A stretch of DNA of 64,000 nt, taken from assembly GCF_009914755.1 (NCBI RefSeq), contig NC_060925.1, one strand, 5' to 3'. Below the pieces are notes generated by a model. It saw nothing but the letters and a program-made list of their open reading frames with translations, was not told the origin of the DNA and did not search any database. Positions 23,077 through 35,959 of this stretch are shown here, piece after piece. Made by a program: the position numbers and the translations under genes. Position 1 is the first letter of the stretch. Each line of letters starts with the position of its first letter. This stretch comes from the human T2T-CHM13v2.0 reference genome, Homo sapiens.

Positions 23077-25199
23077 ATGAGGGAGATCGTGCTATGGCAG
23101 ACCGGGCAGTGCGGGAACCAGATCGGTGCCAAGGTTGGTGGCCGGGGCTCTGAGGGCCCAGCGCGGGCCTGCCGGGTGGCCCGAGAAGATGTTGGCAGCG
23201 GCTGGGGCTGTATTGCGGCCCCCCGTCTCCGCGCCTGGGACGCGGTGGAGCTGGGTGGCTGGCTAGGCAGCCAGGGCGGACCCCCAGGGATCCAGCGGCC
23301 TGGGGGTGGGGATAGGAGAGGGGCTGGGGAGCCTCGGGCTCCCTGGCCTCCGTGACTCAGCCCTGGCCTGTTTGGCCCCTCGTGTCTCTCGCAGTTCTGG
23401 GAGGTGATCTCTGATGAACATGCCATCGACTCTGCTGGCACCTGCCACGGGGACAGGGACCTGCAGCTGGAGCGCATCAACATGTACTACAACGAGGCCA
23501 GCGGTGAGACCCCTGTCCTTCCCCAGCCGCCCTCCTGGGAATGGCGGCCCTCTCCTCGCTGATGCCCTCCCGCCCCCGTCAGGTGGCAGGTACGTGCCCC
23601 GCCCTGTGCTTGTGGATGTGGAGCCGGGCACCATCGGCTCTGTGTGCTCAGCGCCATTCGGGAGGATCTTCAGGCCGGACGACTTCATCTTCGGTGAGCT
23701 GCGGGTGAGGACTGGGGTGAGGCTCCTTAGCCAGGGCCGCTCAAATTCAAGGAGTGCCCCAAAGTCATCGCTGTGGGAACTGTGGAGCTAGGGCCCCTGA
23801 ACACCCTCCCATCCTGAGTCACGCAATCTCCTTCTCCTAAACGGGCTTTGGGAGGAAGGCCCAGCTGTCTGCCTGAGAGGAGCTGCTGATGCAATCTTTC
23901 TGCAGGGAGCTGGGCTGGGGGCAGTGGCTGCTGCTTTTCTTGGGGATGGGCAGGAGCCACCTGCAGCCAGGTCTGTTGTGTTAGGCTGTCTCAGGTTCGG
24001 CTCCTGACTTAACTTCTAACAGGGGAGGCTGCTGTCCTTCAGCTTTGGGGGAGGGAGGTCCACCTGCTCCACCTGCAGGGTGAATGGTGCTTTCACCTCA
24101 CACGTGACACTTGGCCCTTTTTTGCATTGTGGTGACCCCTGATGACTGTATATCTGGCCATCCAGCGACTTGCTGTGTTGTCTTACAGGTCAGTGTGGGG
24201 CCGGGAACAACTGGGCCAAGGGGCACTACACAGAAGGTGCAGAGCTGAAGGAGACGCTGATGGATGTTGTGAAAAAGAATCTGAGAGCTGTGACTGCCTG
24301 CAGGGTTTCCAGCTTACCCACTCCCTGGGTGGGGGTACCGGGTCTCTGATGGATACTCTTCTCATCAGTAAGATCTGGGAGGAGTACCCAGACAGGATCA
24401 TAAACACATTCAGTGTTCTGCCTTTGCCCAAGGTGTCAGACACCGTGGTGGAGCCCTACAATGCCACCCTCTCAGTCCACCAGCTCATGGAAAATGCAGA
24501 TGAGACCTTTTGCATTGATAGTGAAGCTCTGTAGTTCTGTATGACATCTGTTCCAGAACCCTAAAACTGCCCACACCCACCTACGGTGACCTGAATCACC
24601 TGGTGTCTGCTACCACAAGTGGGGTCCCCATGTGCCTGTGCTTCCCAGGCCAGCTGAATACTGATCTGCAAAGGCTGGCCACGAACGTGATCCTAGTTTC
24701 CTGGCTGCACTTCTTCATGCTTCGCTTTGCTCCACTGTCCAGCCGGGGCAGCCAGCCAGTAGTACTCGGCCCTGACCATGGCTGAGTTCACCCAGCAGAT
24801 GTTTGATGCTAAGAATGATGGTTGCCTGTGAGCCCCGTCATGGCCACTACCTGACAGTGGCTGCCGTTTTCAGAGGTTGCATGCCCATGAGGGAGGTGGA
24901 TGAGCAAATGTTCAATATTCAAAATAAGAACAGCAGGTACTCTGCTGATTGGCTCCCTCACAATGTGAAAATGGCTATCTGTGCCATCCCACCCAAGGGG
25001 CTAAAAATGGCCACCTGCATTGGCAACGACACGGCCATCCGGGAGCTGTTCGAGTGTGTTCCAGGCCTTCCTGCACTGGTACACGGGCGAGGGCATGGAC
25101 GTGATGGAGTTCACCGAGGCCAAGAGCAACATGAACGACCTGCTGTCTGAGTATCAGCAGTACCAGGACGCCACAGCCGAGGAGGAGGAGGTGGCCTAG
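23077..25199 (+). pseudogene. TUBB8P9: Unprocessed TUBB8-like pseudogene (exons 23077-23133, 23395-23503, 23583-23693, 24189-25199; probably TUBB8P9, symbol from memory)
   Basis: Exon sizes of 57/109/111 nt match beta-tubulin genes and all GT-AG sites are intact. It has the same exon-4 lesions as the left copy. Confidence 0.93.
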
Positions 25200-25898
25200 A
25201 GCCTGCCCTTTCTGGTTAAAGGGGGGAAGCGGTGTGGATTCTCTAATGTGTTCTGATAGCCATGTGTCACTAGGCACTTGTTTGTGTCTTCACATCTCCT
25301 TCTGTTACATTTTAAAGCCTTTTTATAGTATGTGGTTTTGCCTGATAAAACATCCTAACAGCATCTGGTTTCACCTCCAACTTCTTTCTCTAGGCCCTCT
25401 GGGTGCTGCTGCCAGATGGGCATAGTGGTCCTGCAAGGCTGCAGCTATCTTGGTCTTATATGCCCAGGAACAAGCATTCCAGTGGCTCCAGGGTTGGGGG
25501 GGTCAGCATGGGCTTTGGACATGGCAGACAGGCTTCACACAAACTTGGGCGTGCCCTGGGCCTTGGGCATCTACTTGGTGGGAAACCTGTTCCTGAAGGC
25601 AAGCTGCAGCTTATCCCATGTACTGAACTCTGAGGGGACTAGCTGATCTTCTGTTTTTGGAACTTTAAAAGTGGCCAGTGATCCCGGTGGACAATGTCCC
25701 CAAAGTTCCACCTCTGGGTAGGGATATGGCCAGACAGCTGGCCCTGAACCAGCAATGAAGGGTAGGCAAGTAGAGCCTCAGCCACCCTCTTACCATGATG
25801 GGTTGAGTGTGTCCGTGTGGCCTCATTTTCTTCATGAGGAGGGCATGGGGTATCTGGCAGGGAGTAGTGGGCAGGAATCAAGCCCACCGTGTACTCAC

Positions 25899-27517
25899 AT
25901 GCAGTGAAACCCATGTAGAAAGGGATAGGCCCTGGGGGCTGTAGATGCGGTTGCTGGGTCTGTGTAATCTGGGCAGTCTCTAAAGGCACAGATGGGGTTT
26001 CTCAACAGGACCTGGGGAGACAGGCAGGTGCTCACACGTGCTGCTTCCCCCAGCTGGCAACTAGTGAGGAGAAAAGTACCCGAGTGGAGGTCTGACCTGC
26101 CTCAGTCTGGAGGGCTGATACACACTGTCTTCTGTCTTCCCTGTCCCCTGCTCCAAAATTTCAGGGCAAAAATAATCCAAGATTGCCAGGATGAGACAAG
26201 CAAGGGTGGCACATTTGGTGATAGGCCCTTTAGCTCAGCCGAGTCTCCTCCGCAGCTTCTCAGGGAGGCTGGACTTCAAGACCTGCTTTGGGGAAGCTTC
26301 AAATAAGAGATGCGTGTGTGAGCTGGGTGCTGGGCAGCATGCCTGGACAGTTCTCTTCTACTTGGCTCTTGTAGAACTCGTCCATGGCCTGTGTGATGAC
26401 CTCTTGGTATCTCCTCCCTGCATCACACAGATAGACAAGATGAAGCCAGCACAGCCTCGGGCTGGGCAGATGAACGGGTTCTATTCCAGGTCCCCTGGGC
26501 ATACCCACCTGCCTCCGATGTGTCAGGGAAAACGGGTGAGGCTCCTTTCTTTTTGTTCTCTGAATGTTGGCAATGGCCTATTGGGGCCAAATGGGAACAG
26601 GGAGGCAGAGTGCCTCATCTTGAAAGACGTGGCTCCTGGAAGGAGTGGGAGAGGTCCCCCTACTCCCCGAACCTATTCTCAGAGCAGGAAAAGGGGCCTC
26701 TGTGACAGCCCTCCTCAGTGGCTCTTACCCTCTGAGGGGTGTCCTTGCCCAGCCCAGCCCAGGTGTGCACCCACCTGAGATGGCCTTGTGTGGTTGGTTG
26801 GGAAGGTTCACCTGCAGCAACCACTGGGACCTGCCCACACCTAGTGTCTCCACTTGTGCGTGGGGTCAGATGTTCCTCCCTCCTGCAATGGTAGAGCCGG
26901 AGTGGCAGAAGGGGCAAGTCACTGCTGCGGTTCCCACCTGAGTCTGAGTGGGGGTCAGGCATGGTACTCATGTATTTCATAATTACCTGGTTTCATCTGG
27001 GGGGCTTCATGGACAGGAGTGGTGCTCTTCCAGGCCTGTTTTCCATATGCCAGCTGTAAGCCTGGGTTTCCCAAGTTTCTGGAGTCCCCCTTCCAGCCTG
27101 GCAAGCATGGTGGGTAGTCAGGGAAGGACATTAAGCCTACAGGCAGCACAACCTATCTGGGTATGTTCTCTACCCCTGGTGGCTCCTGGTTGTTTACCAC
27201 CCTGGGTGAGAGTCGGCTTAGGATCTTAACATTCTTGTAGGACTTCAGAACTGTACAGACAGGGGCCCAGGAGGGAGCAGGGGCTGGGACTGGCAGCTAA
27301 CCAGTGTAGTAGTGTGGGTCACAGGGCTCAGTTTGGTCTCAGCAGGGAATTCAGGGAAGCTTGGGTTTGCTGAAGTCCTAGATGAGCTTGGGCTTGGATA
27401 TGGGAACAACATGGAGCAGGGGCCCTTCTGCACACTGGAGTCTTTGAGTAGTTGCACCCTGGTGCATCCATAGGTATTCCCCACCTGGAGCGCAGCTGTG
27501 GATAGAAGCCAGCATAA
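25899..27517 (-). pseudogene. Unprocessed FAM166A/CIMIP2A pseudogene, right copy (exon remnants 27517-27302, 27250-26987, 26896-26775, 26455-26362, 26011-25899)
   Basis: ORF-track fragments YAGFYPQLR, GNTYGCTRVQLLKDSSVQKGPCS, PPCLPGWKGDSRNLG..YGKQAWKSTTPVHEAP, LYHCRREE, QAMDEFYKSQ and IPFYMGF are colinear with FAM166A as I recall it. Confidence 0.9.
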
Positions 27518-28771
27518 CTGTGGAGGGAAGAGGAGGAGGAGGCAGGGTGAGTCTCCAGGGCAGCCCCAGCAGCCAGGCAGGGCCTCTGCAAGTGAGATGC
27601 AGATCCAGCCTGTTGGCCACTTAGCAGCTGCTTGGCTGGCTGCAGGTCACCTGACCTCTGCTCACCAGTAAATGGGGGTTGTGGTAGCACCTACCTTCTG
27701 AGACTCCTGCAGCTTTGAAGGGGCAGCACATACCACGTGCTGAGAATGTGCCTGACTCAGGCAAGCTTCTCCAGCAGCACCACGTCAAATTAACATCCAA
27801 CTTGTACAGGACACCATCAAATCTCCCCATCCCTCATTCCAACTGTAGGAAAAGGGAGCCTCTGTCCTAGGGGAGCAAGAACAGGCATATTTATGCAGTA
27901 GGCACATGGCCCAGGTTGGGGAAAGGCCATTGGATACATGTTGGTTTCACCAGGAATCTGTGGGGTGGGTTCAGCCTAGTCCCCTGTACCCCAGGATGTC
28001 AGTAGCCCTCTGCACGGGACCAGGACTGAGAAGTGCGTGGGAGGGCTGAGCTTCGAGGGAAGCCATTATTTGGCCTCATGGGAAGTGGTGCAGGTGGTTG
28101 TTGGTGGTTCAGTTTTGCAAGGCCTGTGTGATCACCCAAGGAGTACAAATTGCCTTTTTTAAAAAAAATTGCTAAAATTGATGCAGCTCATCAGTTGAAA
28201 AGGTGAATAAGGCTGAGAGTCGGCTTCACCTGCCCCTTCCCCAGAAGTAACTGCTGTTCAGCACCTGCTCCTTCCCCAGAAGTAACTGCTGTTCAGAGAT
28301 GGGTTTGATTCCTTCCAAGCCTTTCCCCTTTGCATGCAGCTGTGTACACGTACTTAGGTGTAGACATACACCTGTTCCCTGGAGGGGTTACTTTTATTTT
28401 TTTATTTGGGGGATAACTAGTGAGGCAGCCTGGCATTTGCTCGTCTTGTCTTTTAAGTGTGGAGCCCTCTGTGGAGTGGGCACCAGGTACTTACTAGCTG
28501 GCCTCTGCCAGCTGTTTGGCTGACCCAGTTTCTGCCCTTCACAGACATGCTGGCCATCTGGTGTGACATTCAGCAGCCTTGTTCACAGCTAGTATAATGA
28601 AACAAATGGATCAGTTACCTTGTAAAATTGAAAAAGCATATAACATGCAGAGAGAAAAGAGTAAATGACCATGTGTATACTGCTCTGCTAAAGTCCATAT
28701 TACATGACTGAGATGACAAAAATTTTTTTCACCTGACATTTGGGTCCTGAGAAAGGGCATTGATGTGTTAC

Positions 28772-29068
28772 TTTTTTTTTTTTTTTTTTAGATAGAGTCT
28801 TGCTTTGTCACCCAGGCTGGAGTGCAGTGGTACAATATTGGCTCACTGCAACCTCCGCCTCCCAGGTTCAAGTGATTCTCTTGCTCAGCCTCCCAAGTAG
28901 CTGGGACTATAGGTGCATGCCACCAGGCCCAGCTAATTTTTTGCATTTTTAGTAGAGACGGGGTTTCATTGTGCTAGCCAGGATGGTCTTAATCTCCTGA
29001 CCTCATGATCCACCTGCCTTGGCCTCCCAAAGTGCTGGGATTACAGGTGTGAGTCACCTTGCCTGGCC
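28772..29068 (-). mobile_element. Alu (AluSc/Y-like), right arm only
   Basis: Poly-T followed by an Alu dimer; absent from the left paralogous region ~6350-6400. Confidence 0.9.
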
Positions 29069-29989
29069 TTTTTATTTATGATAGAGTTAGAAGAAATGCT
29101 ACCATGCTTTCTTTTCCATGATCCCCAACTCCCACTTCACCCCCTCTAGAGGAGCTCACCTGGTTAATGACAGCCTGGAATTATTTGAGCCAGGTCACTG
29201 TATAAAGGTCATACTGATTCTGTCCTCTTGTGCATCACTTGCTCAGCTCAGATATTTCATAGCTCCCTGTATACAGGTAGATGTGTTACCCTCTTAGCCT
29301 GCTTTCTTGGTTTGATACATGCCTGAGAGCATGTGAGAGCACTTAAGATCTGGGCTCATGGGAGGACTGTTCTGCCCACCCCATCTCTCCAGGTCAGCCT
29401 GCATGCATGCCTTCCTCCATCTGGTTCCAGAGTAGGGGAGGTCTCACATTGACCTCAAGTTTATGTGACTTTTTCTACCTCTACTTTCCCAGACAGCCCG
29501 TGCTGTGGGGCTTGTAAGGTGCCATGGGGATTTGTGAAGTCAATATCTACTTTTCTTGTTTGGGTGTTTTATAAATTAGAGCCCTGGAGGGGAATAAATA
29601 TTACAGGTACTCCAAACCCCTAATATATAATAAACATCTAAGCCTGTCCTTTTTTTGGTGGTAAAATGTACATATCATAAAACTTACAATTTTAACCATG
29701 TTCAAATGTACAGTTCAGTCACATCCAGTATATTCACAGTGTTGTACAGCCATCTCCTTTATTCATATCTACAACTTTTTTATTCTAAACTGAAACACCA
29801 TACCCATGAAGTCATTGTATAGAAGATTGATGCATTTGACTCTGTAAAAATTAAAACTTTCTATGAGAGAAAAATGCCTCAAAGTCAAAAGTCAACAGAC
29901 TGGGGAAATAGATCTGCAACATACATGACAGACAAAAAGCTAATTTGGGTAATATATATATAAAGCTATCATAAATTATTAAAAGACCT

Positions 29990-30392
<403 letters not shown>

Positions 30393-30761
30393 CTACTGTC
30401 ATCGCAGAAAACCTTCCTTGATTGTTCTACATGAATTAACTTATCTGTCTCTTTCTCCTCTCACTCTTCATTTTTTTAATTAGTACTCATTACTACCTGG
30501 CGTATGTGTGTAGAATTTTTTTTGTAGAGATGGGGTCTTGCTCTGATAATCATACATGTATATTTTTAATTTGCTGTCTCTCTTGCTTTTTTGTTCACCG
30601 TTCTCCTAAAATAATTCCAGGCATTTGTATGTGATTTGTAGGTATTGGTTGATATTAAATGAATGAATGTAATTAGTGTATTCTGTACACCATCAGTACA
30701 TATACTATTAAAGATGTGATAGGTTTCGTGTTTTCCTCTCTTTATATTGTTATTCCTATAT

Positions 30762-31215
30762 TGCAGCAGTCCCCAGTCTTTTTGGCACCAGGGACTGGTT
30801 TTGTGAAAAACAACTTTTCCATGGACTGGACAGGGGGATGGTTTCAGGATGATTCAAGTACATTACATTTATTGCATATTTTATTTCCATTATTACTGTA
30901 TTATAAAATGAAATAATTATACAACTCATCATAATATAGAATCAGTGGGAGACCTGAGCTTGTTTTCCTGCAACTAGACAGTTCCATCAGGGGATGATGG
31001 GAGACAGTGACACCCAAAATGTGGTGCTTATGTCCAATCTACTCTGTAACCTTGTTTTGGTTGCTGTCACTGCAAAAAACCCTGCTTCACAAAGACAGGA
31101 TGTTGGAAATGGAAGCAGGCATTTCAGTGATACTATTGACAAGGAAATGTCAGTGCTCTGTGGAGAATAGCAATGGCTACACTGTCCTTAAGTTTTACAT
31201 AACATTTGCTGTTAT
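30762..31215. mobile_element. MER1/Charlie3 hAT DNA transposon fragment
   Basis: Begins cagcagtccccagtctttttggcaccagggactggttttgtg, the MER1 terminus. Confidence 0.75.
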
Positions 31216-31475
31216 TGATCCTCCTCTGTGCTCTTTTTTTTTCTGATATATTTCCTCTCATCTTCCTCCTCTTAAATGGTACATATAATCCTGTTCTTTG
31301 ATTTCTAAATTTTTTAATGCTTTTCAATGCCTGCAGGTCTTTACTGAATACCTCTATAATCATTTAACTCCAATTCTATTTCAATAGCTAAACTGCCCAT
31401 CTGGTATTTCCATTGGTTATTATACTTATCACAAACTTGGTAAATCTGAAATTCGGTGCTATAGATAATTTTTTT

Positions 31476-33300
31476 GTGGTAGTTTAAAAATATGTTCAAA
31501 AATTATTTGAAAGTCTTCAAAAAGTATGAGGCATCTTCAAAAAGTTCATAGGAAGTGCATATTATGAAGAAACTATGCATAGATTTCAAAAATATTTTGC
31601 ACCTAAATAAACTTGTACTAACTTCTTATAACATGTCTGAACAGGATCTAATTTGAGGAATTATAATAAGAAAACTAAGACACCAATTTGAAAAGAGGTC
31701 CCATTAGAGCAACATGAATTCTGCTAAAATTAAAGCAAGAATAAACATAAAATTTATAGCAATATGGCAATTTTGGGTGAATAGTAAAATCACTGATTCT
31801 TTTATGACAAGTTTATGAGAACACTGCCCCCCAACATTCACAAGTTTACAAATGAATAACTCATTTGAAGAAGGGATACGATGTTGAAGATAAAGCCTGC
31901 AGTGGCAGACAATTCACATTAATTCACCAGAAAAAAAAAAAAACTTGTTCATGCCCTGCTTTAGGAATGACAACAGCATAAACAACAGCTAACATCATAG
32001 CCATCTCAACTGGTTAAATATACACAATTTTGAAAACTTTTCCACTCAATAGATTAAAAAACTCTTGTTTCCACATCAGCTGCAGACAAGAGCAGGGCTT
32101 TCAACTGAAATTTTACATAAGTGGAATCAAGATCCTGAAGCATTTCTTCAAATAATTGTAAGAGGAGGTCAAACACAGCTGTTCTAGTGAAATCCTCAAG
32201 ACAAAACACTATAAAAGCAATGGCTACCAAGAGGTAAAAGTGGTCCAGTCACAGCAAAAGGTGACTGTCTAGAACAAAGCTCATAGCAACAGTGTCTTAG
32301 GATGCTCAAGGCATTTTGTTTGTTGACTTTCTAGAGGACCAAAACCAAACCCCAATAACACGTGCTATTATGAGAGTATTTTGAGAAAGTTAAAGCTTTA
32401 GAAGAAAAACTTCCAGGAAATTTCACCAGAGAATTCTCCACCACAACAATGTTCTCCTCATTCCTCTCATCAAAAAAAAGACAATTTTGCCAGTTTCAAT
32501 GGAATATTATTGGGCATCCACCTTTTAGCCCTGATTTGGCTCCTGCTAACTTCTTCATTTTCTTTTCTGATCTTAAAAAAATCAGAAAAAGACGGGGGGA
32601 TGGTTTCAGGACACCCATTTTCTTCAGTTAATGATGTAAAAAAGACTATCTTGACATGGTTAAATTCCCAGGACCTTAGTTTTTGTAGGGATAGGTATTA
32701 TTGCTTATAAAAGTGTCTTGCATTTGATGAAGCTTATGTTGAGAAATAAAGTATATATTTTGTTTTTGTGTTTTACTTTGTTTTTTTTTTTTTTTTTACA
32801 AACTTATTGAAGTCCTTTCATTGATCCTAATTTTCTTCCTCTTGAAAGTATGTCAAGTTTAATAATCCTCTCTGGTGAATAGAATGTGACAGAAGTGAAC
32901 AAGTGTGATTTCTGAGTCTAGAGCATAAAGATTTTGCCACTTATGCTTTGCTTTTTCCTAAGCACTCACTGTGGAAGAAACCAGCAATTATTTGGTGAGA
33001 ACAGTCAAGCAACCTTACAAAAATATCCATGTGAAGAGAACCTGAGGCCTTCAATTACAAACCCCACCAACTTGTGGGCCGTGAATGTGAGCAAACTTGA
33101 AAGTGGATCTTCTAGTTTCGGTCAAGGCTTTGGATGACAGCCCCAGTTAAACTCTGTAACCACATGAGATATCCTGAGGCACAACCACCATGATAAATTG
33201 TTCTTGAATTCCTCATTTACAGAAACTCAATTAGGTAATAAATATTGTGATTTTATGCCACAAAGTTTTGGGGTTATATGTTATGAAATGATATATAGCA
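31476..33300 (+). mobile_element. MLT1-type MaLR LTR split by HSMAR2 (31476-31524 and 32821-33300)
   Basis: tgtggtag... start; MLT1-like end (taataaatattgtgatttt...ttttggggttatatgttat). Confidence 0.6.
31525..32820 (+). mobile_element. Near full-length, defective HSMAR2 mariner transposon
   Basis: TIR-like ends (tatgaggcatcttcaaaaagttcat / aacttattgaagtcctttca); transposase start MNSAKIKARINIKF at 31714; HPPFSPDLAP motif; multiple stops. Confidence 0.9.
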
Positions 33301-33339
33301 ATTTCACACTTTCAACATCCATTTTATTTTTTATACAAA

Positions 33340-33692
33340 CATACATTTTTAATAATGGAGATATATCTTGAGAAACGCACCACTGTGTAATATTGCTGCA
33401 TGGACATCATAGAATGTACTTACACAAACCTAGGTGGTATAGCTATACCTAGGTGGTATAGCTATACCTAGGTGGTATAGCCATACCTAGGTGGTATAGC
33501 CTATCACACACCTAGACTATCTGGTATAGCTTATTGCTCCTAAACTACAAACCTGTATAGCATGTTACTGTGCTGAATACTGTAGGCAATTGTAACACAA
33601 GGGTCAGCATTTGTGTATATAAACATAGAAAAGGTACAGTAAAAATATGGTATAAAAGATTTAAAAATGATACACTTGAATGGGGCACTTAC
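33340..33692. mobile_element. Tigger3/MER7-type DNA transposon fragment containing a 4x ~19-bp tandem expansion (cctaggtggtatagctata, ~33429-33500)
   Basis: Contains gaatgtacttacacaaacctag... and acaaacctgtatagcatgttactgtgctgaatactgtaggcaattgtaacacaa. Confidence 0.8.
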
Positions 33693-35486
33693 CTCAGGTG
33701 GTCTGCTAATTTTCATGGTCACATGAAGATTCCACTGAGATATATTCTGCACTACCCACTGCCATAGGTGACAGCCTTGACTATGTGCACCACCCATGAA
33801 GGTCCCCTTTGCCTTGCTTTTCCTGACTTGTCAAGTGCATGATGATGTGGTAAGCCAGCATAAGAGCTGAACTCTGTTCTTTTTCTATTGAGTTCTGCAG
33901 CTATTTATCCTGAGTTTGGTGCCTAGATTTTGTAGACTCCATTTCTTTGACATTCTTGGTAGAATCAGGCCATCTTCATCTCATTGCGCTATCCTTGTGT
34001 TACTGTTATGTGTTATGATGCCTAAAGTTATTTTTTGTAAGAATAACCCAAGGGTAGGCCATAGGCATAGGACCTTTGAGCCTATTGTTTGAGCCAACCT
34101 CACAGAGAGGACAGTTAGTGGTTTTCCCTGGATCAGCATCAATTTGGATAAATATTGCTGTCAGTTACTATGAAACTGGTTACATTCTCCTTTCACTTTT
34201 TTTGTCTTAAGAAAACATCTTTAATCCATAGAGCATGTTTTCTCTGGTTTTATACCCACCAGGATCACAGGCTTTTTTCTGCTTTAAGATATGGCCAACC
34301 ATCACATTAGGGCCTAGACATTAGGTGCACAGAATTACATACAAACTGTCCTCTAAATACTCTTCATTTTAGGACAAAACTATTGGTACTTATATATACT
34401 TTTATTACAATTCTTACGCTTATTTCTCTGAATAGCATTACTTCATCAAGGATTATTTGAAACTTTAATGGCCACATTAATGATTGACTAGAGAAACATT
34501 GTTCCTTTGAAAGGCATGTTAGAAAAACCAAGATTCCTCGGGTCCAATGGGCAGTATTTTTAGTTGGTAGGCAAAGGAGTCCACATATAATTCTGAATTA
34601 AACATTGCTCCACTAAAATATTCTGTGGTTAAAGATGGCTAAAGATGAAAAATTTTACAATCAGAAGTAACAAAAACTAGATACATTTTTTAGTAAATCC
34701 TTCCCCTCCTTGTCTTTCCGTTGCTTCCTGGTGTGCAGCTCTCCCTCCTGCCCCTTAGGATTCTGATCTCTCTTCTCCTCTGCCCCACCACTGACTTCTC
34801 TTTCTTGCTTTTTGTTCTGAAATTATTTTCCCAACTGTCATAAATTCCCAACTTTCTTACATCTAAAGATCCACATTTACCATGACCCAGATATATAAGC
34901 GACTGCAGAATTTAAATCTAGCGCATGAGTTCAGAGTCTACATGAACTAACAAGTTATACATGAACTAACAAGTTATAATTAACAATTTTTAAAAACTAA
35001 ACAAAGTCAAATATTCATCAAATAATTTAGAATTATTTAGGGCATACATGGCCCAGGGTTACTTGACATATCAACTTGTACACCTGTTAATTGGAACATC
35101 AGATGCTAAATCCTGGATGATGAAATGTCTGACCTGGTAGGAAATTTGTAGAATTCCTCTTTCCAGAATAAATATCAGGGTCAAAATCATTCATAAAAAC
35201 ATGAATAAAATTATTAAATTATAGAAGAATTTGGAGATAGACTATAAAACATTGTCACAACTCAGAGTTAAAACGGGTTTTTATTAAAAATCTATGTAAA
35301 AGTTATAAAACTTAAAATCTTAACTGGGATAATTATATAATAAAAGCTATCATAAATGCTCAACAGGAAACTTCAGAAATTTTATTTTGTCATTTATGTT
35401 TTACTATCAACTATAATTACTGTGTTTCTTGTAAGAAATATACCATTATGAGGTGATCAGAATCAGGTAAGGAGGTTAGACATTCC

Positions 35487-35940
35487 CTCATTTATTCACC
35501 CAGCAACCCTGCCACAGAACTAAACCTGTGCGAAGTGCCCTGGTGGGCCCAGCATGTGGTGCTGGGAAATGATTGAGTGGCCCTTTCCCCCACTCAAGGA
35601 GCCCACAGTCTGAGGATATATGGACAAAAACACTAAAGCAAGTGCATATAAAAGAAGAGTAAATGCTATAATTAAAGTAGGATGTTGGGAGGGAGGGCTG
35701 GGGAGCCATAGCATTTGAGGGACCCAAATGCCTCACTGAGGTGACATTTATGCCATGACTAGGATGACAACAGAGGGCTAGCCCTGCACAAGTCTGGGAA
35801 CAGTGTATCAGGGAGATGCCACTCCTGGTGCAGAGACATGCAGGCAGAAGTGACTTTGGCAGAGGATGTGAGAAAGAGGCCAGTGGGGCTAGAGGGAGCC
35901 TGGGGAAGAGAAGTAGAGAGGCAAGGAGGACTCTGAGGCC
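35487..35940 (-). mobile_element. L2 3' fragment
   Basis: cattccctcatttattcacccagca terminus followed by L2-like body sequence. Confidence 0.6.
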
Positions 35941-35959
35941 TGGAAGAAGAAGATAGTGA

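Noticed and set aside
33429-33500. Short direct-repeat array
   Set aside because: Head-to-tail slippage expansion within Tigger3 with no spacers, so not CRISPR-like. The same applies to the 2-copy repeats at ~28227-28297, ~34939-34977 and ~57808-57851.
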